The position numbers and the translations under genes are program-made. A stretch of 64,000 bases of DNA. Origin: Myxococcales bacterium (lineage in GTDB: Bacteria > Myxococcota_A > Bradymonadia > UBA7976 > UBA1532). The stretch spans positions 517,359 to 581,358 of the forward strand of contig JACKDP010000001.1 in the NCBI GenBank assembly GCA_020633435.1, written 5' to 3'. The notes below the pieces were generated by a model that ran no database searches, was not told the DNA's origin, and saw only the letters and a list, made by a program, of their open reading frames with translations. Shown here in pieces: positions 32,647 through 42,603 of the stretch. How positions within the stretch are numbered: position 1 is the stretch's first letter; each line of letters begins with the position of its first letter.

Positions 32647-34812
32647 TCACTGGATGATGATGCACCGCCCGTTGAGGCACTCCCGCGAGATGGGACACCG
32701 CGGCCCGCCGCCGCAGAGGCACTGCCCCGCCACGCAGGTGTCCGACCGGAGGTCGCACCCCAGCTCGAAGCCGTCGCCCTCGTCGACCGTGCCGTCGCAG
32801 TCGTCATCGGCGTTGTTGCAGTCCTCGCCCGAGGGCCCCCGCCCGGAGCACGCGCCGTAGACGCCATCCCGGCACACCTGCTCGCCTACCGTGCACACGC
32901 CGACGTCCGTCCCGCAGGGCCGCACCAGCGCCTCGTCGGTGCTGCCGTCGCAGTCGTCGTCCACGCCGTTGCAGGTCTCGGCGGGTACCGCGCCGCACTG
33001 CCCGCAGGCGTTCAGCGTGCCCTCGTCGGTCTGCCCGTCGCAGTCGTCATCGGCCCCGTTGCAGATCTCGTCTGGCACCCGGCCACAGGCGCCGCAGGCG
33101 TTCTGCACGCCCTCGTCCGTGCGCCCGTCGCAGTCGTCGTCGTCTCCGTTGCAGGTCTCCTCCGGCACCGCCCCGCAGTCGCCGCAGGCGTTCTGGACGC
33201 CCTCGTCCGTGCGCCCGTCGCAGTCGTCATCGACGCCGTTGCACGCCTCCGCGACGGGCCCCGTCTCGCCCTGGCACGCCCCCCAGCCGCCGCCATCGCA
33301 GGCCTCCTGGCCCTGCCGGCACCGCCCGACGCTGCTCCCGCACGCCCGCACGAGCCCCTCGTCCGTCCGCCCGTCGCAGTCGTCATCAACCCCGTTGCAG
33401 GCCTCCTGCCGCCCCGTCACCTCGCCCTCGCAGGCGCCGTAGCCCCCGCCGACGCAGCGCTGCACGCCCTGCCGGCACCGGCCCACGTCGCTGCCGCACG
33501 CGCGGTCCAGCCCCTCGTCCACGGCGCCGTCGCAGTCCTGGTCGCGCGCGTCGCAGGTCTCGGGCATCGGCCCCACCTGCCGCGCGCAGGCCCCGAACTG
33601 GTGATCCTGGCCGCAAGTCCGCGTTCCGGCTCGACAAATCCCCACGTCGGGCGCCCCCGGCCCCTCGTAGCAGGCCACCGTGTCGCCCGGGGTGCACCGG
33701 CACTGGCCGCCCTCGTCCACCGCGCCGTCGCAGTCGTCATCCTCGCCGTTGCACGCCTCCGGCCCCGGCACCACCGCGCCCTCGCAGCCGGCGCCGCACA
33801 CGGCCAGGCCGGGCCGGCACGCCCCCACCCCCGACGTCCCGTCGGGCCCCGGGTAGCACGGCACCGGCTCATCCACGACGCCGTCGCAGTCGTCGTCCTC
33901 GCCGTTGCACACCTCCACGGCCGCCTCCCCAGCCGCCGCCGTGCAGGCCACCTCGCCCTCCACGCACGCCGTCTCGCCCGCCACCGCGCAGGCCCCGACG
34001 CCGACCTCGCAGGGCTGCCCCACGCCGAAGTCCTCGTCCACCCGGCCATCGCAGTCGTCGTCCAGCCCGTTGCACGCCTCGTCCGTCGGCGCCCCCGGCT
34101 CGCCGTCGCACACGAGCCCGTCCGGCGTGCACCGCGGCCGCCCCTCCCGAGCGCAGGCCCCCACCCCCACCGGGCAGAGCGCCTCCGGATCCAGCACCGC
34201 CTCGTCCGTCCGCCCGTCGCAGTCGTCATCGGCGCCGTTGCAGCGCTCGTCCGCCGGCGGCACCTCCCCCTCGCAGGCCCCGAAGCGCATGGACGGCCCG
34301 CACCGCTGCTCGCCGGCCTGGCAGACGCCCACGCCGGCCTCCCCCGGCGCCCCCGAGAAGCAGGCCTGCCGGGTGCCGGGCTCGCAGGGCGCGCAGTCCA
34401 CCTCGTCCACCCGCCCGTCGCAGTCGTTGTCCACCTCGTCGCAGATCTCGGTGAGCGGCCGCTGGGCCCCCGCGCAGTCCCCCAGCCGGGCGTCCACGCA
34501 GGCGCGGATCCCCGCCCGGCAGATGCCGGTGCCCGCCTCGCTCGGCCCGCACCGCTGGTCGGCGTCCTCGTCCACCTCGCCGTCGCAGTCGTCGTCGAGC
34601 CCGTTGCAGGCCTCGGGCGGGCAGGCCGCCGCGTCGGGCCCCTGGTCCACCGGCGCCGCGTCGGCCACCGCGCCCTGGTCGGCCGGCGCCGGATCGCGCA
34701 CATGCCCCCCGAGCCCGCTGCGGAGCGCGTCGCCATCCGCCGTGCAGCCCGCGACCCAGACCGCCAGCAGGCAAAGCGCCCACCCCCTCCCGCCCCTGCG
34801 CACATCCGTCAC
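32647..34812 (-). CDS. MopE-like Cys-rich repeat lipoprotein
   Basis: Lipobox LLAVWVAGC; at least 14 repeats of CNGxDDDCDGxxDE. GTG start chosen at 34812 (GGGAG 7 nt upstream); 34803 is also possible. Confidence 0.7.
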   Translation of the reverse strand: MTDVRRGGRGWALCLLAVWVAGCTADGDALRSGLGGHVRDPAPADQGAVADAAPVDQGPDAAACPPEACNGLDDDCDGEVDEDADQRCGPSEAGTGICRAGIRACVDARLGDCAGAQRPLTEICDEVDNDCDGRVDEVDCAPCEPGTRQACFSGAPGEAGVGVCQAGEQRCGPSMRFGACEGEVPPADERCNGADDDCDGRTDEAVLDPEALCPVGVGACAREGRPRCTPDGLVCDGEPGAPTDEACNGLDDDCDGRVDEDFGVGQPCEVGVGACAVAGETACVEGEVACTAAAGEAAVEVCNGEDDDCDGVVDEPVPCYPGPDGTSGVGACRPGLAVCGAGCEGAVVPGPEACNGEDDDCDGAVDEGGQCRCTPGDTVACYEGPGAPDVGICRAGTRTCGQDHQFGACARQVGPMPETCDARDQDCDGAVDEGLDRACGSDVGRCRQGVQRCVGGGYGACEGEVTGRQEACNGVDDDCDGRTDEGLVRACGSSVGRCRQGQEACDGGGWGACQGETGPVAEACNGVDDDCDGRTDEGVQNACGDCGAVPEETCNGDDDDCDGRTDEGVQNACGACGRVPDEICNGADDDCDGQTDEGTLNACGQCGAVPAETCNGVDDDCDGSTDEALVRPCGTDVGVCTVGEQVCRDGVYGACSGRGPSGEDCNNADDDCDGTVDEGDGFELGCDLRSDTCVAGQCLCGGGPRCPISRECLNGRCIIIQ

Positions 34813-34924
34813 GACAGCACTCCCAAGCCTCCGCGCCCCATGGTATCGCTCGCCCGACTCTTTGCCACGGGTCGCGGGTCCGGTACCTTGGGCCCCCACC
34901 CCCAGGCCCCATGGAGGCGAGCAC

Positions 34925-36016
34925 GTGCAGCTCGGGGACGTCTTCGAGCAGGCCGAGGCGGCCGCCGCCCCCGCGGCCCCCCGCCGCCCCCGGCGCTGGC
35001 GCCGCTGGCTGGCCGCCGCCGCCGCGCTCGCCCTGGGCGGCGCCCTCTGGCGCCACGGCCCCGGCGTCGCCCTCGCCGAGCCCGGCGACCTGCTCGTGCT
35101 GACGAACGACACCGGCCTCGACCTCTTCGGCCCGCCCGTCGAGGTGGTCGTGGGCGGCGACACCCCGGTCTTCTACGTGCCCGTGGCCCGCCACGCCTAC
35201 GTGCTCAGCCCGCGCCCCCGCGTGCCCGACCCCGTCCGCCTCACCGCCCTCTCGGCGGAGGGCGTGCCCGTCACGCTGGTGGACACCGCCGTCACGTACC
35301 GCGTCGACCGCGAGGACGCCGGCCTCGTCTTCACCACCCTCGGCGTCGACGCCGCCACCTGGGACGCCCACGCCCGGGCCGCCCTCGCCGCCTGCTGGAG
35401 CGAGGCCATCGCCGCCCGCGGCGCCGGCTGGCTGGCCCGCGAGACGCCCGTGAGCCTGCTGCCCAGCGTGCAGGAGGCCCTGCGCACCCGGCTCAAGCCG
35501 TTGACTTTGCAGGAGATTCGCCCGCCCACCTGGTCCATCGCCCCCGAGCTGCGCGCCGCCCTCGAGGCCGAGGCCGAGGCCGACGCCGCCGAGGCCGCCG
35601 ACGAGAAGGCCCGCACCGAGGCCGAGGCCCAGCGCGCCCTGCGCCGCCAGGCCACCGAGCAGCAGGCCGGCCGGCCTCGGCGCCGCCGGGCCGACGGCCG
35701 CGCCGCCATCGAGGCCGCCCGCACCCGGGCCGCCGAGCGCCTCGCCTGGCCCGCCAGACCATCGCCGACGCCGCCGCCGTGGCCGAAGTCGAGCGCGAGG
35801 GCCTGCTGCGCCGCGCCGAGGCCATCCAGGCCCGCGCCCCCCTCGAGGCCGAGGCCATGAAGGCCCGCGTCGACGCCCTGCGCCAGGACGGCCCGGCCTT
35901 GCTGGACCACCTCATCGCCACCCGCATCCTGCCCCAGCTCGCCCGCGTGCGGGCCGGCCGCCCGGCGCCGCCCGCCGCCCCGCGTCCGCCCCGTCCGCCG
36001 CCCCGGAGAGCGCGCC
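34925..36016 (+). pseudogene. HflK-like SPFH/band-7 gene with apparent frameshift(s)
   Basis: GTG 34925 with GGAGG RBS; SPFH-like sequence in one frame, then the sensible reading continues in another frame from about 35750; 3' end uncertain. Confidence 0.4.
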
Positions 36017-36923
36017 ATGAGGATCCTCGGCCCCCTCCTGGGCGTCACCGTCCTCGGCGGCAGCCTCTTCGCCCTGGCCCTGGCCCCCGTCCCCCCGGGC
36101 CACACCGGCACCCGGGACGCCGAGCGCCTGGCGCCGGGCCTGCACCTGCACGCCCCGCAGCTCTTTGAGGTCGTGGCCACCCCCGAGGGCGCCCCCACCC
36201 TGCTCGGCCGCCCCGGCACCGAGCCCCCGGTGCGCGTCGAGACGGCCAGCGGCGCCGTCTTCCTGGACGTCGCCGCCCGCGGCCCGTGGACGCCGACGCC
36301 CTGCGCGCCGCACTGGCGAAGGGCCTCGCCGACGCCGACGCCGCCACCCTGCGCGACCCCCGGGCCCTGCGCGCCCGCGTCCGCAAGGCCGCCGCCCCCG
36401 TCGCCGCCGACCTGCTGGGCGTCTCGCGCCCCCCGGCCCTCGCCGCCCGCGACCTCGACGGCCACCTGCAGCACCTCATCGCCGACGCCGCCGAGCGCCA
36501 GACGCGCCTGGGCGCCCGCGCCGAGGCCCGCCGCCAGGCCGCCGAAGCCGAGGAGGCCGACCTGGCCGCCCGCGCCGCCACCGAAGAGCGCACCCGCGCC
36601 GCCCTCCGCGCCGAAGCCGAGGCCGAGGCCGCCCGCCCGTCGCCGAGGCTGACGCCGAGGCCGCCCGCCTGCTCGCCCAGGCCGAGGCCGACCGCGCCCG
36701 CGCCGCCGCCGACGCCGAGCTCGCCCTCGCCCGCGCCGAAGCCGACCGCGACGCCCGCCTGGCCGCCGCCCTCAGCGGCGAAGGCGCCCGCTACCACGCC
36801 GCCATCGAAGCCGCCCGCCGCTTCGAGCTCGGCGACACCCAGCTCGAGACCCAGGATCCAGAATTCTTGAGGAAGTTCGGCAGCATGGAAGCCTGGCGCC
36901 GCTTCTTCCTCGGCGACCGCTGA
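36017..36923 (+). pseudogene. HflC-like gene with two apparent frameshifts
   Basis: N-terminus MRILGPLLGVTVLGG in one frame, middle and HflC-like C-terminus (QDPEFLRKFGSMEAWRRFFLGDR) in two other frames; switches near 36290 and 36640. Confidence 0.4.
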
Positions 36924-36933
36924 CGGAGCACCC

Positions 36934-37512
36934 ATGGCCCGCACCCCCTCGACCATGATCGCCCTGGGCACCCCCTGCCCCGACTTCGCCCTCCCCGACA
37001 CCGACGGCCGCACCGTCCGCCGCGACGACTTCGCCGACGCCCCGGCCCTGCTCGTCATGGTCCTCTGCAACCACTGCCCCTTCGTCGTGCACCTGCGCAG
37101 CGCCCTCGCCGCCTTCGGCCGCGAGTACCAGGCCCGCGGCCTCGCCATCGTGGCCCTCAACGCCAACGACGCCGACGCCTACCCCGCCGACGCCCCCGCC
37201 CAGATGCCCGCCGAGAAGGCCAGCGCCGGCTACACCTTCCCCTACCTGCACGACGCCACCCAGACCACCGCCCGCGCCCTCGGCGCCGCCTGCACCCCTG
37301 ACTTCTTCCTCTACGGCCCTGACCGCACGCTCATCTACCGCGGCCAGTTCGACGCCAGCCGCCCCGGCAACAGCGAGCCCATCACCGGCCAGGACCTGCG
37401 CGCCGCCTGCGACGCGGCGCTGGCGGGGGTGGAAGTGAGCGCCGAGCAGTGGCCGAGCCTGGGCTGCAACATCAAGTGGAAGCCGGGGAACGAGCCCTCA
37501 TATTTCGGGTAG
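36934..37512 (+). CDS. thioredoxin-fold (redoxin-family) protein; 3' end is the element insertion site
   Basis: CxxC motif LCNHCPF; last codons ...NIKWKPGNEPSYFG overlap the left att repeat. Confidence 0.7.
   Translation: MARTPSTMIALGTPCPDFALPDTDGRTVRRDDFADAPALLVMVLCNHCPFVVHLRSALAAFGREYQARGLAIVALNANDADAYPADAPAQMPAEKASAGYTFPYLHDATQTTARALGAACTPDFFLYGPDRTLIYRGQFDASRPGNSEPITGQDLRAACDAALAGVEVSAEQWPSLGCNIKWKPGNEPSYFG
37467..37496. repeat. attL: 30-bp direct repeat, left copy
   Basis: caacatcaagtggaagccggggaacgagcc, 29/30 identical to 53289-53318. Confidence 0.8.
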
Positions 37513-37643
37513 TTACGGGCCCATGGCAGGCGTCTGTACAGCCAAATCGGGCCATTTCCAGCCCGAAACCTGTACAACCTGTACAGCGAGATCGTGGTCG
37601 CTCCTCAACTCGTGCCAGGGCGGGATCACCTTCCTTGGGCTCC

Positions 37644-38348
37644 TCACGCCAGCTTCCCGGCCAGGGCGACCAACCAGTCCAGATAGAGGTCGAGGCGGGA
37701 TGTGCCGTTGACCTTGGTTCGCAGGAACTTCCCGAGGCTGTTCACCCCGCGCTCGCTCCGGCCCATGTCCCTGATCGTTGCGTCTCCTCCGACGGCGATG
37801 AGCCCGTCGTTCATCGTCGCCTTCGAGGCAGGACTGCGATGAGCCATGAAGTTCCGCATGGCCTTCACCGCATCAAAGGCGAGTCCGTCCGATGCTGTCA
37901 GCGCCGCGATCTTCGCCCGGTACGTCGGCGCCAGGCGTTGATCCGCTCGCTGCTTGAACGTCTCGAAGTCCTTGAACGAGAGGTTCCACCCATCGGGGTC
38001 GAGGATGCTCCTGAGATCGGTGAGCTTGACGTGCTTGCCGGGCTCGAACTCCACGGCGCCCGCGTGCCAGGCACCGAACTTGTCTGTGATCGAGGTGCGG
38101 ATGCGGTTCTTCTCGTGGGCGATGAAGCCGCTTGCATCCTTGTTGATGGCGGCGAGAACCCAGTCAGACAGGAACGTCTCCAACCCTACCGCTGCTGCCA
38201 GCAACGTGTTCTCGGCCAACGTCGCGATGTCCGTCTTCTCGTGGGCCGTGCCGCTCAAGGACGTGCTGACGCGGTTGTAGTACACCTTCAAGTCCCCGAG
38301 ATCCGCGGCGTAGCCCTGAGCCACCTCCGTCGGGTTCGCCTTGTTCAT
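37644..38348 (-). CDS. HEPN-like (Abi2-type) protein, candidate abortive-infection RNase
   Basis: 234 aa from internal ATG with GGAGGG RBS; RNxxxH motif (MRNFMAHR). Confidence 0.5.
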   Translation of the reverse strand: MNKANPTEVAQGYAADLGDLKVYYNRVSTSLSGTAHEKTDIATLAENTLLAAAVGLETFLSDWVLAAINKDASGFIAHEKNRIRTSITDKFGAWHAGAVEFEPGKHVKLTDLRSILDPDGWNLSFKDFETFKQRADQRLAPTYRAKIAALTASDGLAFDAVKAMRNFMAHRSPASKATMNDGLIAVGGDATIRDMGRSERGVNSLGKFLRTKVNGTSRLDLYLDWLVALAGKLA

Positions 38349-38423
38349 CAGCCCTCCATCCGTCCCCGTCCGCGCACATGCTGCCGTTGGCGAGCCTATA
38401 GCAGTCGGTCTGTGGAGGTCCAA

Positions 38424-38762
38424 GTGCCCACAGCTTCTCAAGTCGAACTCGATGAGCCCGACCGCCGGATCGACGCGCTGATCGACTACTTCGCCGACGA
38501 CGGCGACGACGCCCTCCGGGCATGGGCCGTAGAGGCCCTCGCTGGCGGCCTGGGCGTAGATGCAGTTGTCGTCGAGGGGGAGAGTGCGGCCCGGCGCCTT
38601 CGGGCGCTAGGGGACGCCCTGGGGGGCCGCCTGGCGCTCGCCATCTACCAGACGCCCGAGCAAGGCCCGAGGCTGGTCGAGGCCGTGCTGGAAGGGCTGC
38701 TGGTGGGCCTGCGGGACGGCCCGCCCGAGCCGGTCAGTGAGGTCGTGCGGCGCGGCCTGTGA
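38424..38762 (+). CDS. small hypothetical protein
   Basis: GTG with GGAGG RBS 5 nt upstream; 3' end overlaps the convergent gene by about 28 nt. Confidence 0.3.
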   Translation: MPTASQVELDEPDRRIDALIDYFADDGDDALRAWAVEALAGGLGVDAVVVEGESAARRLRALGDALGGRLALAIYQTPEQGPRLVEAVLEGLLVGLRDGPPEPVSEVVRRGL

Positions 38763-39357
38763 TGGCGTCGAACGCGGCGCCCTGCAAGTAGACGCCGCTG
38801 ATCCAGAAGTCGGCCAGCTTGTCGCCGTCCCAGTCGGACTCCACGAGCCGCGCCTTGACCAGGGTGCCGTCCTCCGCGAGCCGGTCGCGCAGCGCAACGC
38901 GACCCGCGAGGTCGAGTTCCGAGAACGTCGCCGACATCTCGGGGCTGACCGACATCAGACCGAACGAGAACTGCCCGATCTCGCCCATGACCGTGTAGAG
39001 ATCGAGGCCCATCGCGGGGACGGCGGCCAGCACCAGCAGGTCGGCTTCGACGGGATCGAGGCCATGCTCCTCACGCAGGTTGACCAGCGGCAGCGCAACC
39101 CCCGCCGCGGCGCTCGCCGCGATCCGGCGGTCGATCATGGTGCGCAGGTTGCCCTCCGCGGTGGCGAGGCGGGCGACCTTCTGCTTCGTCCGGCAGCACA
39201 CGCCGTCGGACTCCGCCGCGGCGTCGATCAGCCCCACGGCCTCGTCGGCTTCCTTGTCCGCCTCGATGCGGGCGCCAAGGTGGCGGCACCTGGCCTTCAC
39301 CCACCGGATCTCGTCCGCGAGGTGGTCGAGGGGGGTCGAGTACGCGAGGGTGTGCAT
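38734..39357 (-). CDS. hypothetical protein
   Basis: 207 aa from ATG 39357 with AAGGAG RBS; no recognisable motif. Confidence 0.45.
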   Translation of the reverse strand: MHTLAYSTPLDHLADEIRWVKARCRHLGARIEADKEADEAVGLIDAAAESDGVCCRTKQKVARLATAEGNLRTMIDRRIAASAAAGVALPLVNLREEHGLDPVEADLLVLAAVPAMGLDLYTVMGEIGQFSFGLMSVSPEMSATFSELDLAGRVALRDRLAEDGTLVKARLVESDWDGDKLADFWISGVYLQGAAFDAITGRAARPH

Positions 39358-39545
39358 GGCGGTGCTCCTTGCTCTCTGGGCCATGCCATCTACTACGCCT
39401 TCGGCCCCAGTCCTGAGCCCCTCCCCCGGCCCCCGGCGGCACCATCACGTCCCGATTTTTCGGGCTTTGACCCCGTTGCGGCGCGTGTCACCGCGCAGTA
39501 CAACCGCTGTGGCAACTTGCGGCAAACAACGGCGAGGACTGCACG

Positions 39546-39749
39546 GTGCCCGAGTACCTGACCATCGACGAGGTTTGCGAGCTTCTCCAGTTGGGCAAGC
39601 GCACCGTGTACGAGCTTGCCCGGACGGGCCGCTTGCCGGGCGCCGCGAAGATCGGCGGCCAGTGGAGGGTCAACCGGGCCAAGCTCGCCGCCTGGCTGGA
39701 GGCCGGGGGCGAGTTCGCCGCGGTCGAGGGGGGCGAGCGCGACGAATGA
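39546..39749 (+). CDS. excisionase/AlpA-family HTH DNA-binding protein
   Basis: LTIDEVCELLQLGKRTVYELARTGRLPGAAKIGGQWRV; stop overlaps the SNF2 start (ATGA). Confidence 0.65.
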   Translation: MPEYLTIDEVCELLQLGKRTVYELARTGRLPGAAKIGGQWRVNRAKLAAWLEAGGEFAAVEGGERDE

Positions 39750-42595
39750 CGACCCCCTACCATGCGCAGTTCTGGGCCTACACGTTGACCGTACAGGGGT
39801 CGCCGGACTCGGTGGACGGCCTGTCGCGGGCCATCTCGAACGCCCGCGTAGACCTGAACCCGCACCAGGTAGACGCAGCCCTGTTCGCCCTCAAGTCGCC
39901 GCTGTCGAAGGGCGTCATCCTCGCCGACGAGGTGGGCCTCGGGAAGACCATCGAGGCCGCCCTGGTGATCTCGCAGCGATGGGCGGAGCGCCGCAGGCAC
40001 ATCCTCGTCGTGGTGCCCGCCTCGCTGCGGAAGCAGTGGCAGCAGGAGTTGTGGGAGAAGTTCTTCATCCCCTCGGTGGTGCTGGAGCGCAAGTCGTGGA
40101 CGCGGCTCCAGGCCGAGGGCAAGCCCAACCCCTTCGACCTCGGCGATCAGGTCGTCATCTGCTCCTACTACTTCGCCGCCAAGCACCGGGAGGCCGTGGC
40201 CCACGTCCCGTGGGATCTGGCCGTCATCGACGAGGCCCACCGGCTGCGAAACGTCTACAAGAAGGGCAACAAGACGGCGAAGGCCCTGTCCGCGGGCCTG
40301 GCCCACGCCACGAAGCTCCTGCTGACCGCGACGCCGCTCCAGAACTCGCTGATGGAGTTGTACGGCCTCGCCAGCGTCATCGACCCGCACCTGTTCGGTG
40401 ACCCCATCTCCTTCCGCGAGCAGTTCGTCCGCGAGGCGGACGAGGGCGTGCGGAACCGGCTGTTGAAGCAGCGCATCGCCGAGGTCTGCCAGCGCACCCT
40501 GCGGCAGCAGGTGCTGGAGTACGTCCGGTTCACGGAGCGCATCCCGGTGACGCAGGAGTTCTTCGCCAGCGACGCCGAGCAGCGGCTCTACGACGAGGTG
40601 TCCGAGTACCTCCGCCGCGACACCCTGTACGGCCTCCCGTCGGCCCAGCGGACGCTGATGACGATGGTGCTGCGGAAGCTGCTGGCCTCGTCGTCCTTCG
40701 CCATCGGCGGCACCCTCGACGGCCTGTTGTACCGCCTCCGGCAAGTGCAAGAGGACGTGCGCAAGGGCACCGCGGTCGCCCTGCACGATGCCGTGGAGGA
40801 CGACTTCGAGACGGTGGACGAGATCGAGGACGACTGGGAGGAGGACGAGGCCACCGACGCCAACGGCGACGACATCGACCCCGCCCTGCTGGCCGACGAG
40901 ATCGCCATCATCGAGGCGTGCTCCAAGCTCGCCGCGGGCATCCATTCCAACGCCAAGGGCGACGCCCTCCTGCGGGCACTCGCGCAGGCGTTCGAGCAGG
41001 CCGAGGCCGTGGGCGCCGCGAAGAAGGCGGTGGTGTTCACGGAGTCCCGGCGCACGCAGGACTACCTGTACCGGCTGCTGACCGCGAACGGCTACGAGGG
41101 CCGCGTCGTGATGATCAACGGCAGCAACAACGACGAGGCCGCCAAGGCCGTCTACGCGGAGTGGATGACCCGGCACGCGGACGACGGGGTGCCCACCGGC
41201 GCCCGCGCCGTCGATGTCCGGGCCGCCATCACCGAAGCGTTCAAGACCGACGCCACCATCCTGCTGGCGACCGAGGCCGCCGCGGAAGGCGTCAACCTCC
41301 AGTTCTGCTCCCTGGTCTTCAACTACGACTTGCCCTGGAACCCCCAGCGGGTCGAGCAGCGGATCGGGCGCTGCCACCGCTACGGCCAGACCCATGACGT
41401 GGTGGTCGTCAACTTCGTCAACGAGCGCAACGCCGCCGACCGCCGCGTCCTCGACCTGCTGTCCGAGAAGTTCAGGCTGTTCGAGGGGGTCTTCGGCGCC
41501 TCCGACGAGGTGCTCGGCGCCATCGAGTCCGGCGTGGACATCGAGCGGCGCATCGCGGCCATCTACCAGGGCTGCCGCACCGCCGAGGACATCGCCGCCG
41601 CCTTCGACGACCTGCGGGCCGACCTCGACGAGCAGATCACCGCGCAGATGAGCGAGACGCGGCAGCGCCTGCTCGACCACTTCGACGAGGACGTGCAGGC
41701 CCGCCTCCGCGTCCACCGCGACCTGGCCCAGGCGTCGCTCGACGAGAGGGGCCGGATGCTGTTGAACCTCACCCGGCACGAGCTTGGGGACGACGCCTCC
41801 TTCGCACCTGACCGGCCCCGGTTCGAGTACCACGGCACCGCGGCTCGTCGCGGGTGGTACAGCCTCGACTGGAAGGCGGCGGACGCCGAGGGCCTGGTCT
41901 TCTACCGCATCGACCACCCCCTCGCGCAGGGCATCGTCGAGCAGGCCCGCCAGCGACAGCTTCCCGTGCAGCACCTGGCCTTCGACTACGGCGCCTACGG
42001 CACGTCGGTCGCGGTGCTGGAGCCGTACATCGGTCGCCGGGGCTGGCTGGCGTGCAGCCTGCTGACGGTGAACTCGGTGGCCGACGAGCAGTTCGTCGTC
42101 CTGGCCGCGGTGACCGACGACGGCGAGGTGCTCGACGCCGAGTGGTGCCGACGCCTCATGCGCATCGGAGCCGCCGCCGAGGGAACGCCCGAGGCGCCCG
42201 CGGATCTGGAGCCCGCGGTCACCGGCCAGGTCGAAGGCCACCTGCGCGACGTGGAGGCCCGCAACGGGCGCTACTTCGACGCCGAGGTGTCGAAACTCGA
42301 CCGCTGGTCAGACGACCTCAAGCTCGGCCTGGAGCGGGAGTTGAAGGACTTGGACGCCGAGATCCGGGCGAAGCGCAAGGAGTCCGCGGTCGCCATCTCA
42401 CTGGCGGACAAGCTCACGGCGCAGCGGGACATCAAGGCGCTGGAGCAGCGCCGGAACCGCAAGCGGCGGGATCTGTACGAGGAACAGGACAAGATCGACG
42501 AGCAACGGGCAGCACTCATCGACGGGATCGAGCGGCAGCTTCGCACCACACATGCGGTGCAGCGCCTGTTCACCGTCCGGTGGAGCATCCGATAG
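39746..42595 (+). CDS. SNF2-family helicase
   Basis: 949 aa: LADEVGLGKTIEA (motif I), VIDEAHRLRN (DEAH), LLLTATPLQNSL, C-terminal helicase motifs and coiled-coil tail. Confidence 0.85.
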   Translation: MTTPYHAQFWAYTLTVQGSPDSVDGLSRAISNARVDLNPHQVDAALFALKSPLSKGVILADEVGLGKTIEAALVISQRWAERRRHILVVVPASLRKQWQQELWEKFFIPSVVLERKSWTRLQAEGKPNPFDLGDQVVICSYYFAAKHREAVAHVPWDLAVIDEAHRLRNVYKKGNKTAKALSAGLAHATKLLLTATPLQNSLMELYGLASVIDPHLFGDPISFREQFVREADEGVRNRLLKQRIAEVCQRTLRQQVLEYVRFTERIPVTQEFFASDAEQRLYDEVSEYLRRDTLYGLPSAQRTLMTMVLRKLLASSSFAIGGTLDGLLYRLRQVQEDVRKGTAVALHDAVEDDFETVDEIEDDWEEDEATDANGDDIDPALLADEIAIIEACSKLAAGIHSNAKGDALLRALAQAFEQAEAVGAAKKAVVFTESRRTQDYLYRLLTANGYEGRVVMINGSNNDEAAKAVYAEWMTRHADDGVPTGARAVDVRAAITEAFKTDATILLATEAAAEGVNLQFCSLVFNYDLPWNPQRVEQRIGRCHRYGQTHDVVVVNFVNERNAADRRVLDLLSEKFRLFEGVFGASDEVLGAIESGVDIERRIAAIYQGCRTAEDIAAAFDDLRADLDEQITAQMSETRQRLLDHFDEDVQARLRVHRDLAQASLDERGRMLLNLTRHELGDDASFAPDRPRFEYHGTAARRGWYSLDWKAADAEGLVFYRIDHPLAQGIVEQARQRQLPVQHLAFDYGAYGTSVAVLEPYIGRRGWLACSLLTVNSVADEQFVVLAAVTDDGEVLDAEWCRRLMRIGAAAEGTPEAPADLEPAVTGQVEGHLRDVEARNGRYFDAEVSKLDRWSDDLKLGLERELKDLDAEIRAKRKESAVAISLADKLTAQRDIKALEQRRNRKRRDLYEEQDKIDEQRAALIDGIERQLRTTHAVQRLFTVRWSIR

Positions 42596-42603
42596 GAGCG
42601 GGG

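Noticed and set aside
32356-36168. 1270-aa plus-strand ORF
   Set aside because: Antisense to the MopE-like gene for most of its length; only a short segment near 35750-36000 appears to be part of the frameshifted HflK-like gene.
39080-42595. Upstream extension (1171 aa) of the SNF2 helicase ORF
   Set aside because: The extension is Arg/Ala-rich and overlaps the HTH gene and a minus-strand gene; ATG 39746 overlapping the HTH stop is the more plausible start.
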